A DNA stretch of 64,000 bases from Octopus vulgaris (taxonomy: Eukaryota): the NCBI GenBank assembly GCA_951406725.2, contig OX597830.1, positions 4,030,001 through 4,094,000 on the forward strand, read 5' to 3'. The notes beneath the pieces are model-generated. The model was given only the letters and a program-made list of their open reading frames with translations, ran no database searches and was not told the DNA's origin. Position numbers and translations under genes: made by a program. The number at the start of each line of letters is the position of its first letter. Position 1 is the first letter of the stretch. Shown in pieces: positions 38,958 through 52,710 of this stretch.

Positions 38958-39699
38958 ATGGGACCTGGCCAGTATAAGCAACAAATATGTCTTGCGATTT
39001 AAGATATCGGGAGGAGTAGGTAGTTAATAATAAGTTAATAAATAAATCAGTAAATCCAGAGCCTGTTAAATCAGAAAGGCATCCTAGATTTGAACTTAGA
39101 GACCGAACAGGAAAGATAGGAAAAAGAAAAGAATATCCTGAGAAAATAGAAATTGTTCAGCGAGTAATGTTGAGAGTCTGAATAGGATTGGTATGAATGG
39201 GAGAGCAGATGATGAATTGAAGGTAAGAATCATAAGAAAGGTGTAGAATAGCAAGGAAGCAGAGGTGAGAGTGTACAGAAATACTGGGATGTCACATGAC
39301 AAAGGAGAGATAAAAGAGGAAAAAAGAAGTTGAAAAGAATTCTGGGATTTTTTTTTTTTTTTTTCATGGTCAAGGACAATCCTTGAGAATGTCATGTACT
39401 GAATGTGAAGAGAGATCTGAAGTGAATATTGAACCATTACATGTAAATGTGGTAGAATAACAATGAAGGAAGAGTCAGGAGAGATGAATGAGGAGGTTGG
39501 AAAAGATGGGTTCAACGTTCAAGAAGGAAATAAGAATAAGTCAGAAAAGAAAAAAAACATTGATGATGCTAACAGTTTTAGGTAATGTTCAATAATGCAG
39601 ATGTGATAAACCTGAGGAAATTAAACAGTTAGTGGATGTGACTGGAATTTCAAAAGTTAAATCAATTTTTTTTTTAGATTTGGGCAACTATTTTTGAAA

Positions 39700-40760
39700 T
39701 CTGATGTAGAAAGATAAGAATTATCATAAAAATCATACAACAAATAATAAAGAATATAGAGGCATGTTATTTTATGTTATGCAAGGTAGAATTTGAGAAA
39801 TATCTCTGCAAGTGTACGAGCAGAAAGAGGGAAAAAAATCAGAAATAATGACGTGTTAATGGTGTCCATTGATAGAAGTCCTAACAAAAACAATGACAAC
39901 AACATAGGATTTTGAAGTTATTACAGGAGATTAATGAGTATGGAACCAAGAGTAAATTAGTGATGGGGGAATTGTAATTTGATTGGAAATCAGTGGCTTC
40001 AGGAGAAGGTACTCTAGAATATGAATATATGGAGAGAGAGATTGTTATTTAACACAGCATGTTCGTGACATAACAAGATTCAGGAGTAATGAAAAGGGAA
40101 ACGTTCTTGATTTAGTAATTTGTGAAGATGAAGGGATTGTTGGATGATGTATGTATAATGAGTCCATTAGGCTAAAGTTACCATGATGGCAATCATTTCA
40201 AATGTGATGCAAAACTAGCAGATGGAGGAGTTAAAAGAATGGGTTTCCTCAATGAGAAAGCCGACAATGCAGTTCTGAAACTGAAACTAGAGATAAATTG
40301 GTGAGTGCATTTAGGGAGTAAATTATGTGGACGAAATATGAGACAGGTTTTTATGGGTAAATTCCAAAGGTAATAAATGAATATATTCCTTGTTGAGAAT
40401 TTCAGGAAAGTGATAAAATGAGATGTAGAATTAATCCTGAAATACCAATGACCAGAAAACTATGGTTGATGACAGAAAGGAAAGAAAGATTATGGGAATG
40501 CTTAGAGACTATGATGAGAGATAAGAGAGAGAGATATCTCATGCCTGATGCATAATCAAGTTAGAAGGGAAACTAGCATGGTGATAAAGAATGAAGAGAG
40601 AGAGAGCTAGAGCAAAAAAGACAAAGACAAACTTTGAAATATTTAGGAAGTTTGTGCAGAGAAATACAAAAATTGTATTCAGTGAATTGTACAAGGATGG
40701 CATAAAAATGATTAAACAACAGAAAAAAAAACCATTTGGGAAGTAGTGGTAGGGGGTTCA
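39700..40760 (+). mobile_element. Old CR1-like LINE, APE endonuclease region
   Basis: Remnants L-T-Q-H-V-R-D-I-T-R-F-R...G-N-V-L-D-L-V-I...P-L-G-*-S-Y-H; many stops. Confidence 0.65.
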
Positions 40761-41212
40761 TAGTGGTGCATATAATGAAGAACTTGATTGAAAAATACCA
40801 TAATGGTAATAGCAGAGATTACTAGTTTTTCAGCTGTAGAAATAAACATGCTGTTTTAGATTTGCTGTGCCAAGTAAACAAAGTGGTCACTTATATATCT
40901 GCTGGAATTTTTGGTCAAGACCTCTAACGAAATCCTAAAGCCAGAGACTCAGGAACAGGAGATGATTTTGCAGCCCTATAATTTTTGGTGGAGCAATGAA
41001 AATGCTTTGAACATTTAGGGTTAGACCTGGGTTTGCAGCCCCGAAGCAAGTTCCCTTACTTATGCCTGATACTAAGTATTCTTACAAGTAATTCTGTTTC
41101 ATTGTTCCTTAGGTTCTCTACTTCCAAAAGCCTTACTCAACTATGCGACCAAACTGCCACACAAAGGGTACTCTGTCAAATGTAATGGCCCTCATGATCA
41201 TTAGTTTTCATA

Positions 41213-41428
41213 AGGCAGTGAGCTGGCAGAAATGTAAGTGCACCAGGCGAAATGCTTAGCAGTATTTCATCTGTCTTTACATTCTGAGTTCAAATTCCAC
41301 TGAGGTCGACTTTGTCTTTAATCCTTTTGGGGTTGATAAATTAAGTACCAGTTACGCACTGGGGTCAATCTAATCGACTGAACCCCTCCTACCAACATTT
41401 CAGGCCTTGTGCTTAGAGTAGAAAAGAT
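41213..41428 (+). mobile_element. Family B SINE (full length)
   Basis: aaggcagtgagctggcagaa...gagttcaaattcc...ttaagtaccagttacgcactggggtc...ggccttgtgc. Confidence 0.85.
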
Positions 41429-41509
41429 TCTCAGGTTTCATTACATGACAGCAAGAATGTCAAACTTACCTTGATACAACAACGGAAATGTTATACCTCT
41501 CCTTTCTCT

Positions 41510-41930
41510 TATACTCTTTTACTTGTTTCGGTTTTGACTGTGGCCATGCTGGAGCACCGCCTTTAGTCGAAGAAATGGACCCCAGGACTTATTCTTTGTA
41601 AGCCTAGTACTTATTGTATCAGTCTATTTTGCTGAACTGCTAAGTTACAGGGACGTAAACACACCAGCATCGGTTGTCAAGCAATGTTGGGGGGGGGGAC
41701 AAACATAGACACACAAACATACACACACACATACATGCATATATATATATATATATATCTTTATATATACACGACGGGCTTCTTTCAGTTTCCGTCTCCC
41801 AAATCCACTCACAAGGCTTTGGTCGGCCCGGGGCTATAGTAGAAGACACTTGCCTAACGTGCCACAAGGTGGGACTGAAGCCGGAACCATGTGGTTGGGA
41901 AGCAAGTGACTTACCACACAGCCGCTCCTT
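41510..41930 (-). mobile_element. Family A SINE
   Basis: Collinear with 14755-15178. Confidence 0.9.
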
Positions 41931-42958
41931 TTAATTGTTTTCAAAATTATGATTACAGATTCGTTTTTAAACGCAGTTATTGCAGTAGAATGCAGCTGCA
42001 CTTGGTAGGAGCCAGTTGCATTCATTGCAGAAGTTAGCTGCACTTACCTCAAAAGTTAGTTGCATTTGTAGAAGTGAGTTGCACTTGTTACACAAGTCAG
42101 CCACATTTGTACTCTATTTCTTTGAACACTTCACAAATTCACGCAAAAGGAATGATACTGAACTTGCATATATTTGCAAAATAAATTTTTCTTCAAAAGT
42201 TCTGGGTATAGAAATTTGCTTTGAGAAATATATTTAGAAGCAGTAAAATATCTTTAAAACATGATTTGAAAAAGAAAAAAAGATAGCTTCACTCAGAATT
42301 CGAAAGGCCACCTGCTTTATATACAGTATGTATATAAGTGTATATGTAATGTATGCAAGCATGTGTGTGTAGAGAGAGAGGGGATTGTATAAGTGTATAT
42401 ATAGCACTTGTATAGATACATTCACACATACTTGCATGTATAAACATGTATGTATAAAGTTATACACACATATGTTAGTAGTATAGCCGTATGTACATGG
42501 TGTGAATAATCAATAGATTCCAGTGTTGAATTTTCCATATTTCCACCATTGCATCAGAACTGTATATAAGAGAGTTCTAGAATTCTGATTGAATAGGGAT
42601 CCACTTGGTTATACACTACTCAGTTATTAATGGTAAATTCTGGTTAAAAGAACTGTTAAAAATACATTGATTTTCATGTTTGAAAAGGTTAGAAAGTGTA
42701 TCACCTGCATTTACTTGTGTTCCTGTGAACCATATTGTATGTAACACAAATAAATATAGGTTCCCTGTGGGAACTTCTTGGTCATAGACAAGTTCAATTC
42801 TTTTAGTTGTTTCAGTCATTTGACTGTGGCCATACTGGAGCATCGCCTTTAGTCGAACAAATCGACCCCAGGATACTTGTTCTTTGTAAACCTAGTACAT
42901 ATTCCACCAACATTGGTTGTCAAGCAATGGTGTGGGGTGGGGTACAAACACAGATACA

Positions 42959-42989
<31 letters not shown>

Positions 42990-43207
42990 GTTTCTTTCAG
43001 TTTCCATCTACCAAATCCACTCACAAGGCTTTATATATATATATATATATATATAAAATGGATAAATTATACAAAATGTATAAATAGATGATGAGTAAAG
43101 TAACAGCACATTTTTGATTATTTGTTGTTATCTGTAGATTTATTGCAGGAACTTTGTAGTGGCAGTTGGGGTAACAGAATTAATAAAATAGATGGAATAA
43201 AAGATTT

Positions 43208-43260
43208 TATTTAGTAAGACACGTTTCGACCTGTTCTGGGTCTCTTCAGGTACATAAATA
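43208..43260 (-). ncRNA. Type I minimal hammerhead ribozyme in a Penelope-like pLTR module (~43055-43500)
   Basis: tatttatgtac-CTGAAGA-GACC-cagaaca-GGTC-GAAA-cgt-GTC-ttactaaata, overlapping an AATAAA. Confidence 0.8.
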
Positions 43261-43669
43261 AATTTAAAAAATAGAAAGTCTCACTAAAGATTTTCTGATT
43301 CGGTTTTACGAATCACTATATGTCCATCAACTTTGGGAATGAGTAAAAAACGGCGAAAAATTGAAATGCAAAGTTTCAAATATGGACGTGAAAATTATAC
43401 ATTCTAGTTTAGAGAAAATAATTTAATGAGCCATCAATGTTATAACTGTTAAGAAAAAGAAAAGAAGTAGATGAAAGGGAGATAATACTTAGACAGAAAT
43501 TTTTTTTTGTATTTGTGCTTAGATGCACATATACATACACACACATACATATATAGCACTTATACATACACACTCACACATGCACGTCCAAGTAAATGGG
43601 TATATACATACAACAAGATACATGTGCATAAGCACATGTATGGACTTATACATATATATATATATATGT

Positions 43670-43860
43670 GTCGGTGGCACATAAAATCACCCACTACACT
43701 CTCGGAGTGGTTGGCGTTAGGAAGGGCATCCAGCTGTAGAAACACTGCCAGATCTGACTGGCCTGGTGCAGCCTTTGGGCTCCCCAGACACCAGTTGAAC
43801 CGTCCAACCCATGCTAGCATGGAAAGCGGACGTTAAATGATGATGATGATGATGATGATG
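43670..43860 (+). mobile_element. RTE 3'UTR fragment with (GAT)n tail
   Basis: Matches 63515-63695. Confidence 0.9.
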
Positions 43861-44049
43861 TATAGGAACTCATATATACAGGTGCACATGCACATACATA
43901 TACACATACACGTGCACATACACACACATATACATGTATATATATACATATATACACATACACATATATGCATACACATATATATATATACATACATATA
44001 TATATATACACGCGCATACATACATATACAGGCATATATACATATACAG

Positions 44050-44098
<49 letters not shown>

Positions 44099-44199
44099 TG
44101 GATCTAGATTGCAAGATCATATGTCAAATACAGATTATTCAAATATGGTTCCTCAAGTTCATATGTATTAAGAGTTGTGAGTGCCATGTATATATTAAA

Positions 44200-44640
44200 T
44201 TATGCATGATCTGGATTGTAGTATGTAAATGTGTGTTTAGCTGCATGTAGGCATCTGGGTAATTGTTCCGTGAATTTATTTATAATGTGCTCTTTTCTCA
44301 ACATTATCGAGAGTGTGTCCTTGGAGCATAATTGGCATTTGCGGGATATAGTGTTGTAGGGACTCATGTATCTAAGTGTGGACCGTGTAAAGTCGTATTT
44401 TGTCTTTGCTTCCTTAAGCCACCAGATAAAACAACCAGTGATGTTACATGTCATTTAAGGATATTTCAAAAGCCAGCAATGTGGCTGCAGTATCAATTTT
44501 TGAAAAAATCGGCTGATGCCCCAGTATATACGTAGAAGCCTCTTCGAGTATTTATAGTTCACTTGTATACGACATTCTTAGTCATACATTGGTTATCCAA
44601 AGGGCAATTGGATCTATCTCGGCATGAGCATAACGGTTTG
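44200..44640 (-). pseudogene. Penelope-like element GIY-YIG endonuclease remnant
   Basis: CSCRDRSNCPLDNQCMTKNVVYK*...VYTGASADFFKN*YCSH...IWWLKE...PYNTISRKCQLC...IINK...CLH. Confidence 0.85.
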
Positions 44641-45339
44641 ATTTTGGTGGCTTATGAACATCGAGTGCTGGAGGGATTGTTTCTGTTTGGTATTTTGGCT
44701 GTTGGTATTATCATTTTATTATCACTTGGTGTTCATACTAAATAAAATATTTTATTAATACTATATACATATATAGTAGAAGACACTGGCCCAAGCCTCC
44801 ATATAGTGAGACTGAACCCAGAACTATGTGGTTGGTAAGCAAGCTACTTACCACACAGCCACTCTTGTGCCTATATGCTGAATATTTTTTTAAAGAATCC
44901 TGAACAGCTACTTGTGCTTTCTCTGTTAAATGTCTAAAACTTATGATATAGAGTTTTGGATGGATAAGTTTGAGTATAAATTTAAATTGTATTCCTGTTT
45001 CTTCTATTTGGGTGTGCCAAAGTATATACAACGCTCTGGTTAATATTATCTCTTGCTTCATGATGCTGGTGTTTATTCAAAGATAAAACCAGTAAACAAA
45101 CAGCAACTTTGGGTCCATTTGGGAGACCCAGTGAAAATATTTCTCGCTGCTATTAACCACTGTAAATCTATCTGCTTGATAGTGATGCTTCTTGTTGGCT
45201 CTCTTCATTTATTATTATTCCCTGTAAACATTTCTGGGCAGATAAGCTGCTGTTTTAAGTCCCAGGAAGGAACTTTATTTTGATAACAACTGCAACTGAT
45301 CAGCTGGAAACCAGATGATCAATAATTTCTTCATATTTT

Positions 45340-45510
45340 ACATCATCATCATCATCATCATCGTTTAACGTCCGCTTTCCATGCTAGCATGGGTTGGACG
45401 GTTCAACTGGGGTCTGGGAAGCCCAAAGGCTGCCCCAGGCTAGTCAGATCTGGCGGTGTTTCTACAGCTGGATGCCCTTCCTAACGCCAACCCCTCTGTG
45501 AGTGTAGTAC
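45340..45510 (-). mobile_element. RTE 3'UTR fragment with (GAT)n tail
   Basis: Reverse-complement match to 43690-43860. Confidence 0.9.
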
Positions 45511-45543
<33 letters not shown>

Positions 45544-45737
45544 CGTGTATGTATGTATATCTTTCACTGTTGTTGTTAGTTTGTTGTAGACTTCATAATG
45601 CAGCAGCATATCCTGTTAGACTCTGATATTTTCAAGGGTTTACCGACCCATCTTTCACTGTATTTGTGGAGAGTTATTAGAGCCTTCATTTACTCCTTGC
45701 TTCATCCATATTCCTCGTATACATTCACTGTACTCTT

Positions 45738-46162
45738 TCGTTCTTTTACTTGTTTCAGTCATTTGACTGCGGCCATGCTGGGGCACCACTTTTAGTCAAA
45801 CAAATCGACCCCAGGACTTATTCTTTGTAAGCCTGGTACTTATTATATTGGTCTCTTTTTGCTGAACCACTAAGTTACAGGGACATAAACACACCAGCAT
45901 CGGTTGTCAAGCGATGGTGGGTGAACAAACACAGACACACAAACATATATACATATATATATTTATATATATATATATATATATATCCATAAATACGATG
46001 GGCTTCTTTCAGTTTCCATCAACCAAATCCACTCACAAGGCTTTGTTTGGCCCAATGCTATAGTAGAACACACTTGCCCAAAGTGCCATGCAGTGGGACT
46101 GAACCCAGAACCATATGGTTGGGAAGCAAGCTCCTTACCACACAGTCACACCTGTGCCTATG
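45738..46162 (-). mobile_element. Family A SINE
   Basis: Collinear with 14755-15178. Confidence 0.9.
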
Positions 46163-48079
46163 TTTGAAAATCAATGGGATGTCCATGGACAGGACACTTT
46201 TGACCAGAGATTTATTTGATAAAAGCTAACCTGGTGTTAAACAACCACAAAATTTGCCGGTCTCAGCACACAACATTAATCGGAGGTTTTACTCTCAGTT
46301 GTGGAGAACAGAGAAACTGTGGATGCAGCATTGTTTTGGTGAGAATGAAATAAATGTATTGCTGACATTTTTATTTGAAGAACATATCCTTTGTTGTGAT
46401 TAAAAGTATTTACAGTGACAGACATGATTCTAACCTCTTGTCCCAGTGATTCAATACTTTTAGACATTTTATATTCATCAATGCTGACATTATCACAAGA
46501 TTTTCAACATCAATTACTTATTTTACAAATCTGTTGATGTGTTTTGTTGCTGACAATTTCGCGAGTTAATAATGATGGGTGACAGGTTCTGTAAAACTGG
46601 TGTCATTTTCAAGATTTGTTAGATTTAAATATAAGAATTACTGATTTTGGGAAATAAATTCTCAAAGCCATAAGACCTAGAGATTGTCCAAAGTAAGGTC
46701 CAGATTACCTGAGTAAGGTCCATTCCTTTGATAGGTATAACATGGTCAATTTAAGCCGACATGGAAGCCTTTACATAATTGCTTGACCTACTAGATATGG
46801 CAGTCAAATTGCCCTTAAATCACACCTTATCATCTTTAAAAGAAGGCAGTTTGAATAGTATGACCCTTGAAACACTGAAATGCAAACAGAACATGGAGAT
46901 TTTTATGTCTGTAAAACCTTTTGGTCATAGGGGATATTGGGTTAACCTATGACAATATACCCAGTTAACACCTACCAATATGACCCAGAACTTTCTTGAA
47001 GACGGCCGAGATGTTGGTTGTCAAAAGAAAATTTGAAGCATTGATTAGCTAGTCTATTTGGTGCCAATCTCTTCTCCAGTCAATCTTAGAATGCTATAGA
47101 AAATGTTTATATTCTTTAATTTTTTTGTCTTTCAGTAAAATATACGGGACTGCTACTTCTGTACTTTTCATACATATAACTTTGCTAAATTTCTTTGATT
47201 CTTACAAGAAGATTGTCGAAGAATTTCCTGCAGAGGTGAAATCCCTTGATCTTAAACATTGTCTTTGTGCAAGAAACTTGAGATAAGTTTACCTTGTAAA
47301 GTATTCGTTAACCATTTGTGCAATAAGTTTAGTATTAACATTGGAACTCATCAACTACCAAACTTTCTCTAAGCTGCTTATCTTTGAAGATTACAAAAGT
47401 AACTTGGGTTTGTTTGTTTGTTGTTTGATTTTCTGGTCTATCCAATTGTTTACTACTACAAATAAGATGAATGTAAATTCATTTGTATGTATAGATCAAC
47501 TGATACAAATAAAACAGCGAACAAACACACCTTTATAAACTACATACAGATGCTTACACATCACTACAAAGTGAAATCACAAAAGAGGAAACACATATTT
47601 CAAAATAAGTTTGAATGTGCGTGTATATTCAGAGTTATATATTAGTAGAGTCATCTGTGTTTCTTTTTTTTTTCCTCTTGGTATTTATGACTATAGGTAT
47701 TGCTTCTAAACAGAACAAACAAAAAAAATATAATTGAATATCATTTACAAGTAACTAGTATCATTATTTAATGATTAAGTATAGAGAAAATTTGTTGTTT
47801 ATTAATTTTTTTTTTTTCATAAATAAAAAAAGCAATTCATGGCAAAAATATACAAAATGAAGCATTACAATATATATTGATGAGATAAAAGGAATGCAAC
47901 TATCAGTCTATTTTATTCTATTATTTTATGCTGCTTTTCAAAATAATTTTATAATTCAAGTGAAGGAGCTTCTAATGAGATCTATTCTGTTTTTGTGTGT
48001 CTTCATTTGTGAAGTACTGTTTTTATCAATACATCATCTATTTCACAATAAAGTTACATATTTTTACTACATACATACA

Positions 48080-48112
<33 letters not shown>

Positions 48113-48807
48113 TTGTGCATGCATGTATATATATATATATATATATACATATAAATGCATATATATGCTTATAGTTACATATGTTTTTACATTTTATTAC
48201 AGTTTTCTTTTGTGTTGTGTGTGACATACATACACACACACTTTCTACATATATAAATATACTCAAAGTACCTTTCTTTTTGCTCTCTTCTTTTATAAAC
48301 AGTTCTATATTCTCGCATATTGTTTTCAGTCTTTCAAAATTTGGTAATGATTTCTTTAGTGCTTTGCGTTTTACTGGTTTTTCGATTTGTGCAGTTGATG
48401 CGGAGACAACAACAGAACAAAACTTCTATCTCAAGTGAAATTATTCTATCATTTATCTAAATATTTATTGTCTTTATATTTTACACTTGTTAAAGTGAAT
48501 ATAAAATGAATGGCATGTTTCATTTCAAAGTAGGGGTGTGTATTTCTGTTACAATCAAACCAGCAGGATCTTAGTAAAAGATTAACCTTTTCCTAACTTA
48601 AAAGTCTCTGACGTGGTTGATAAGGCATCTTTATATTCATGTTGCTCCTTACAAATCTCTTGTGTGGATTATACACAAATGAATCAATCATGTTTAAAAG
48701 TATAATTAGGTCTGAATCAATCAAATTAATTAATATAATTTTAAAATTTTACTTGAATTATCAAAATTCTCTATTGATCTCTTCTTTTATCTTCTATATT
48801 CCTGTAT

Positions 48808-48838
48808 ATTATTATTAATATTATTATTATTATTATTA

Positions 48839-48872
<34 letters not shown>

Positions 48873-49189
48873 GGGGTAATGTCAGCAGAATCATTACCAT
48901 GTTGGATGAAATGCTGAGTGGCATTTTGGCCATTGCTATGTCTGGAGTTCAAATTCTGCCAAGATCAACTTTACCTTCCATCCTTTCAGGGTCATTAAGT
49001 TAAGTACCAGGGAAACACTGGGGTCGATGTTATCGACTAGCCCCCTTCCCCAAAAAAGTTTCAAGGCCATGTGCCTGGAGTAGAAATAATAATAATAGTA
49101 GTAGTAGTAGTAGTAGTAATAATAATAATAATTTTTTTTTATTTCATCTAGTTTCAGCTCACGAGCTGTGGCCATGCTAGGGCACTGCC

Positions 49190-49228
<39 letters not shown>

Positions 49229-49445
49229 CATTATTATTATTATCATTATTATCATTATCAAGTGAGAGAGCAGCACATGCCATCAAAGTGATGCTGGGAT
49301 ATAAATATACGAAACCCAATATATGTATCATGACTACCTGTCTGATGGGTGTAAACCAGGCACATGCATCACAATCATATGTGCATAGCATGGTGACCTC
49401 ATATCAAAATAAACAGCACGTAGTTGTTGTTGTTGTTGCATGATG
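48808..49445. repeat. (ATT)n arrays with a family B SINE (48871-49085, +) and other short repeat fragments
   Basis: Directly visible arrays plus family B blocks. Confidence 0.75.
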
Positions 49446-52099
49446 GCAGAAACCTTTATTCTTTAGGGCTCAGCTCTTTCTATGTTAATCGCTTAAATTT
49501 CTTACGATCCTATTTTCAACTTTATTTGCTCTACAATTCTTTTAATTTCGATTTACACTTTGTTCTGAATTTGTATTTTGGCTTTTAGGACTTAAATTCT
49601 TCTAAGTTTATCCTAATAATTCAAGATATTTCCTAATTTTATTGACATTGAACCACAAACACAAAAACTTTCATTTCCTAGTCTCGTGATACTTTGTGTT
49701 GTATTTCAAAATGAAAAACTTTCATTAAAATCTTATTTAAAGATAATTGTTTCCGATTTAGGAACATCCAATGTATACTGCAGTCATGGATGAAAGTAGG
49801 TGAGTTGTCTTTCTAAGGGCTCTAACTCTCATCCAAACATAGACACCCCACATCAAACATGAACAACCTTCATGCCAAAAGTATTATTCTCTGCAGCTGT
49901 GTCCTTCTTGTTTCTTTTAAAAGTATGAATATTTCATGATACTCATACCAAGACAACCACCTTGTACTCTACTCTCTCTCTCTTTCTCTCTCTCACATTT
50001 GACAACACATGGCTAAAATCCACAAAGTTACTGGTGATATGAGGCCTCAGCCCACCCTAATGATCTCTTGAGACAATCCCATATTTACAATAAAGCAAAT
50101 TTACTTCCGAAAGACATATCTTCCTCTTCATAATCAGGAAATGTTTCAACTCGCTCCAACTGCTGAGATGTTTCAAAGCTCAAGGGAAACCAATGATGGA
50201 GCACTGCTTTCTCATGTAGGATGGTGCTGGGGTCACATAACCAAACAACCAAGACCACATCAAAAAGAAAGCCAACTGAATGATCAGCATAGAGCCACTC
50301 CCCAACATACTTCAGCCTCTTCTCAAATACACTGTCACTCCACTTTTCTCTCTTTTACTATCGCTACAATAGTTAGCTGGTTAAGTACCACATTCATTAA
50401 AAAGACTTTGCAGGTGTGTCAAGTAGACAGCTGATGACAGTTCTTGGGGACTTGGTTTGCTACTTTATACACAGGAAGTTAGAACTATTGTTAAGATGAT
50501 ATAATTAAATAGAAAATCTATTCATACCTTTCAGTGATCCACTGGATACAAGCTTGAGATCAATATGTCAACCTTTGAGCATGAGAGAAATTAGATCCTC
50601 ACTTTTACTGCCATTTACATAATGCTTTTAGTTAATAGAATCCATAAAAATTACCAGAATATTCTTATGATGATGATGGTGGTGGCAGTGGTGTGCTGTT
50701 GCTTAGTCCCAGTTAGCAAACATGAACATTTTGTCTTATTATTACTGTCTCAATATTTTAGTAAAAAAAATTCTCAATTTTCAATGTTTCTTTGGAAAAT
50801 TACACAAAATAATTTTAAAACATTTTGAATGCAAATCTGATTGAATTCCAAGATATGCAAAATCTTAAGGAAATGCTGGGATTCGCTTGGGAGCTTTTGA
50901 ATGACAAAGGTTTTACAGATTCTAAAGAAGGTTTCTGTGGGAATATCTGTAACAAAATCAGATTTGCACAAATGTTGGTATCACCAGAAATATAATACAA
51001 GTGCAAGAGAAGACAAGCATTTCTTTCATGAACTACAAGAGCTTGATAAAATACAGATAGAACAAAACCCATGAGTTAAATATCTCTTGTAAACAAATAA
51101 GGGAAACACACTTTCTCTTGTATTTTTCTGTCTAGAATCCTGACCTTTTATGTAACTGGTTAAGTTCATTTATTTCTTTAACAATTTTATTCTATTTTGT
51201 TTCAAGGAATGGATTATAAAGTATGGCAAACACAAATTGTGTGAGTTTATATATAAAACAGAGACAATGCAATTATATATATTTGATAAAGATAATTGTG
51301 ATGTACTTTTCTTGAAGAATGTTAGGCTTCAAAAAAAATCTTCACCGATTCAAATCCTATTTCATTGTAAGAAATTCTAAGCTTTAAATATTGATCTTTT
51401 TTGTATATGTTAACCCTCTGTTTATCAAAAGACATATTTTACAATTTAGATTTAACTTACATTTTTAACATTTGTGCAAAATGCTTTTTGAATTTCGAAG
51501 GTTATCTTTAAGTTAAAATTTATTTGTTACTGAACAGTGGGGTGGAGTTAGAGCAAGTGGAAATGAAGACAACATAAAAATAACAATAGGTGAACATGAA
51601 ATAATACCAACTAATGAAGGCCTTATTAGCAGTAAAATCTGATGGGGGAACATCATACAAAATCCCACATTGCTCTGACACATCAAACCCTTTAAAAATG
51701 ACCCTCACCTTTCATTTTCTGGTTGTTTGAGTATTGTCATCTTATCAGAAGAAGCTCATTTAACCTTATCACATTCACCATTCTCACCCACCTCTCTTAT
51801 AGCACACAAGAGAGCTGCACCCTCCCATCCCACTTCAACTTCAAATTCATTTCTCTTAAAATTGATGAGAGTTTGACCAGAAAGGAAAAGCCTTATCTTT
51901 AAATCTTTTAACTGCATCTACTCTCACTGCTTCCTTCACCAAACCAAAACAGACTTTGCCACTCTTCCTTACAAAAGGAAGCTGGTCAATTGGATTCCAT
52001 GACAGACTAGTCTTATGGTTCCATCTTGTTTGTAATAGTGGCTGTTTGGCACAAACTCTCAAGCTGGTAATTTATGGACAGGGAATCAGTGGATGCATG

Positions 52100-52311
52100 A
52101 CTCTTGTTTCAGTTATTAGATTGTGACCATGCTGGGGCATCACTTTGAATAGTTTTTAGTTGAATGAATTGACCTAAGAACTTATTTCTTTCACACCGGT
52201 ATTTATTCTATCAGTCTCTTATGCTGAGTGGCTACTTACTGGGATGTAAACACACCTTCATCAGTTGTCAATTGGTGGTGGGGAACAAACACAGACACAA
52301 AGACACACAAT

Positions 52312-52364
<53 letters not shown>

Positions 52365-52710
52365 AGAGTTTACGAAAAAAACAAAAGATGAAGACAGGTG
52401 GTGTACAAAACAAACAGATGTATTAGCATAAGGCTCAGGAATAGAAAAAGTCTTTTACGTTTCGAGCCTACGCTCTTCTACAGACAGGGACACAGAAAGA
52501 AACAAGGAGAGAAACAAGGAGAAAAAATATATATATATACGCACAACAGGCTTCTTTCAGTTTCTGTCAACCAAATCCACTCACAAGGCTTTGGTCAGCT
52601 CAAGGATATAGCAGAAGACACTTGCCCAAGGTGTCAAGCAGTGGGACTGAACCTGGAACCATGTTGTTGAGAAGCAAACTTCTCACCATGCAGCCATGCC
52701 TGTGCCTATG
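52100..52710 (-). mobile_element. Family A SINE with a ~165-bp insert (52361-52527) in its internal (TA)n
   Basis: Collinear with other copies apart from the (TA)n-flanked insert. Confidence 0.8.

Larger units (their letters stand above)
42797..44875 (-). mobile_element. Family A SINE split by ~1.75 kb of nested insertions (parts 42797-43032 and 44775-44875)
   Basis: Stops at ...ctcacaaggcttt and resumes at tagtagaagacac..., near-adjacent segments in intact copies. Confidence 0.75.

Noticed and set aside
42040-42063. Minus-strand actaac-ttttgag|gtaagt
   Set aside because: Branch motif is too close to the AG, the GAG acceptor is disfavoured, and it lies within a minisatellite.
47120-47285. 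Good acceptor tttgtctttcag followed by a 49-codon open frame
   Set aside because: No strong donor and no recognisable protein; unsupported without transcripts.
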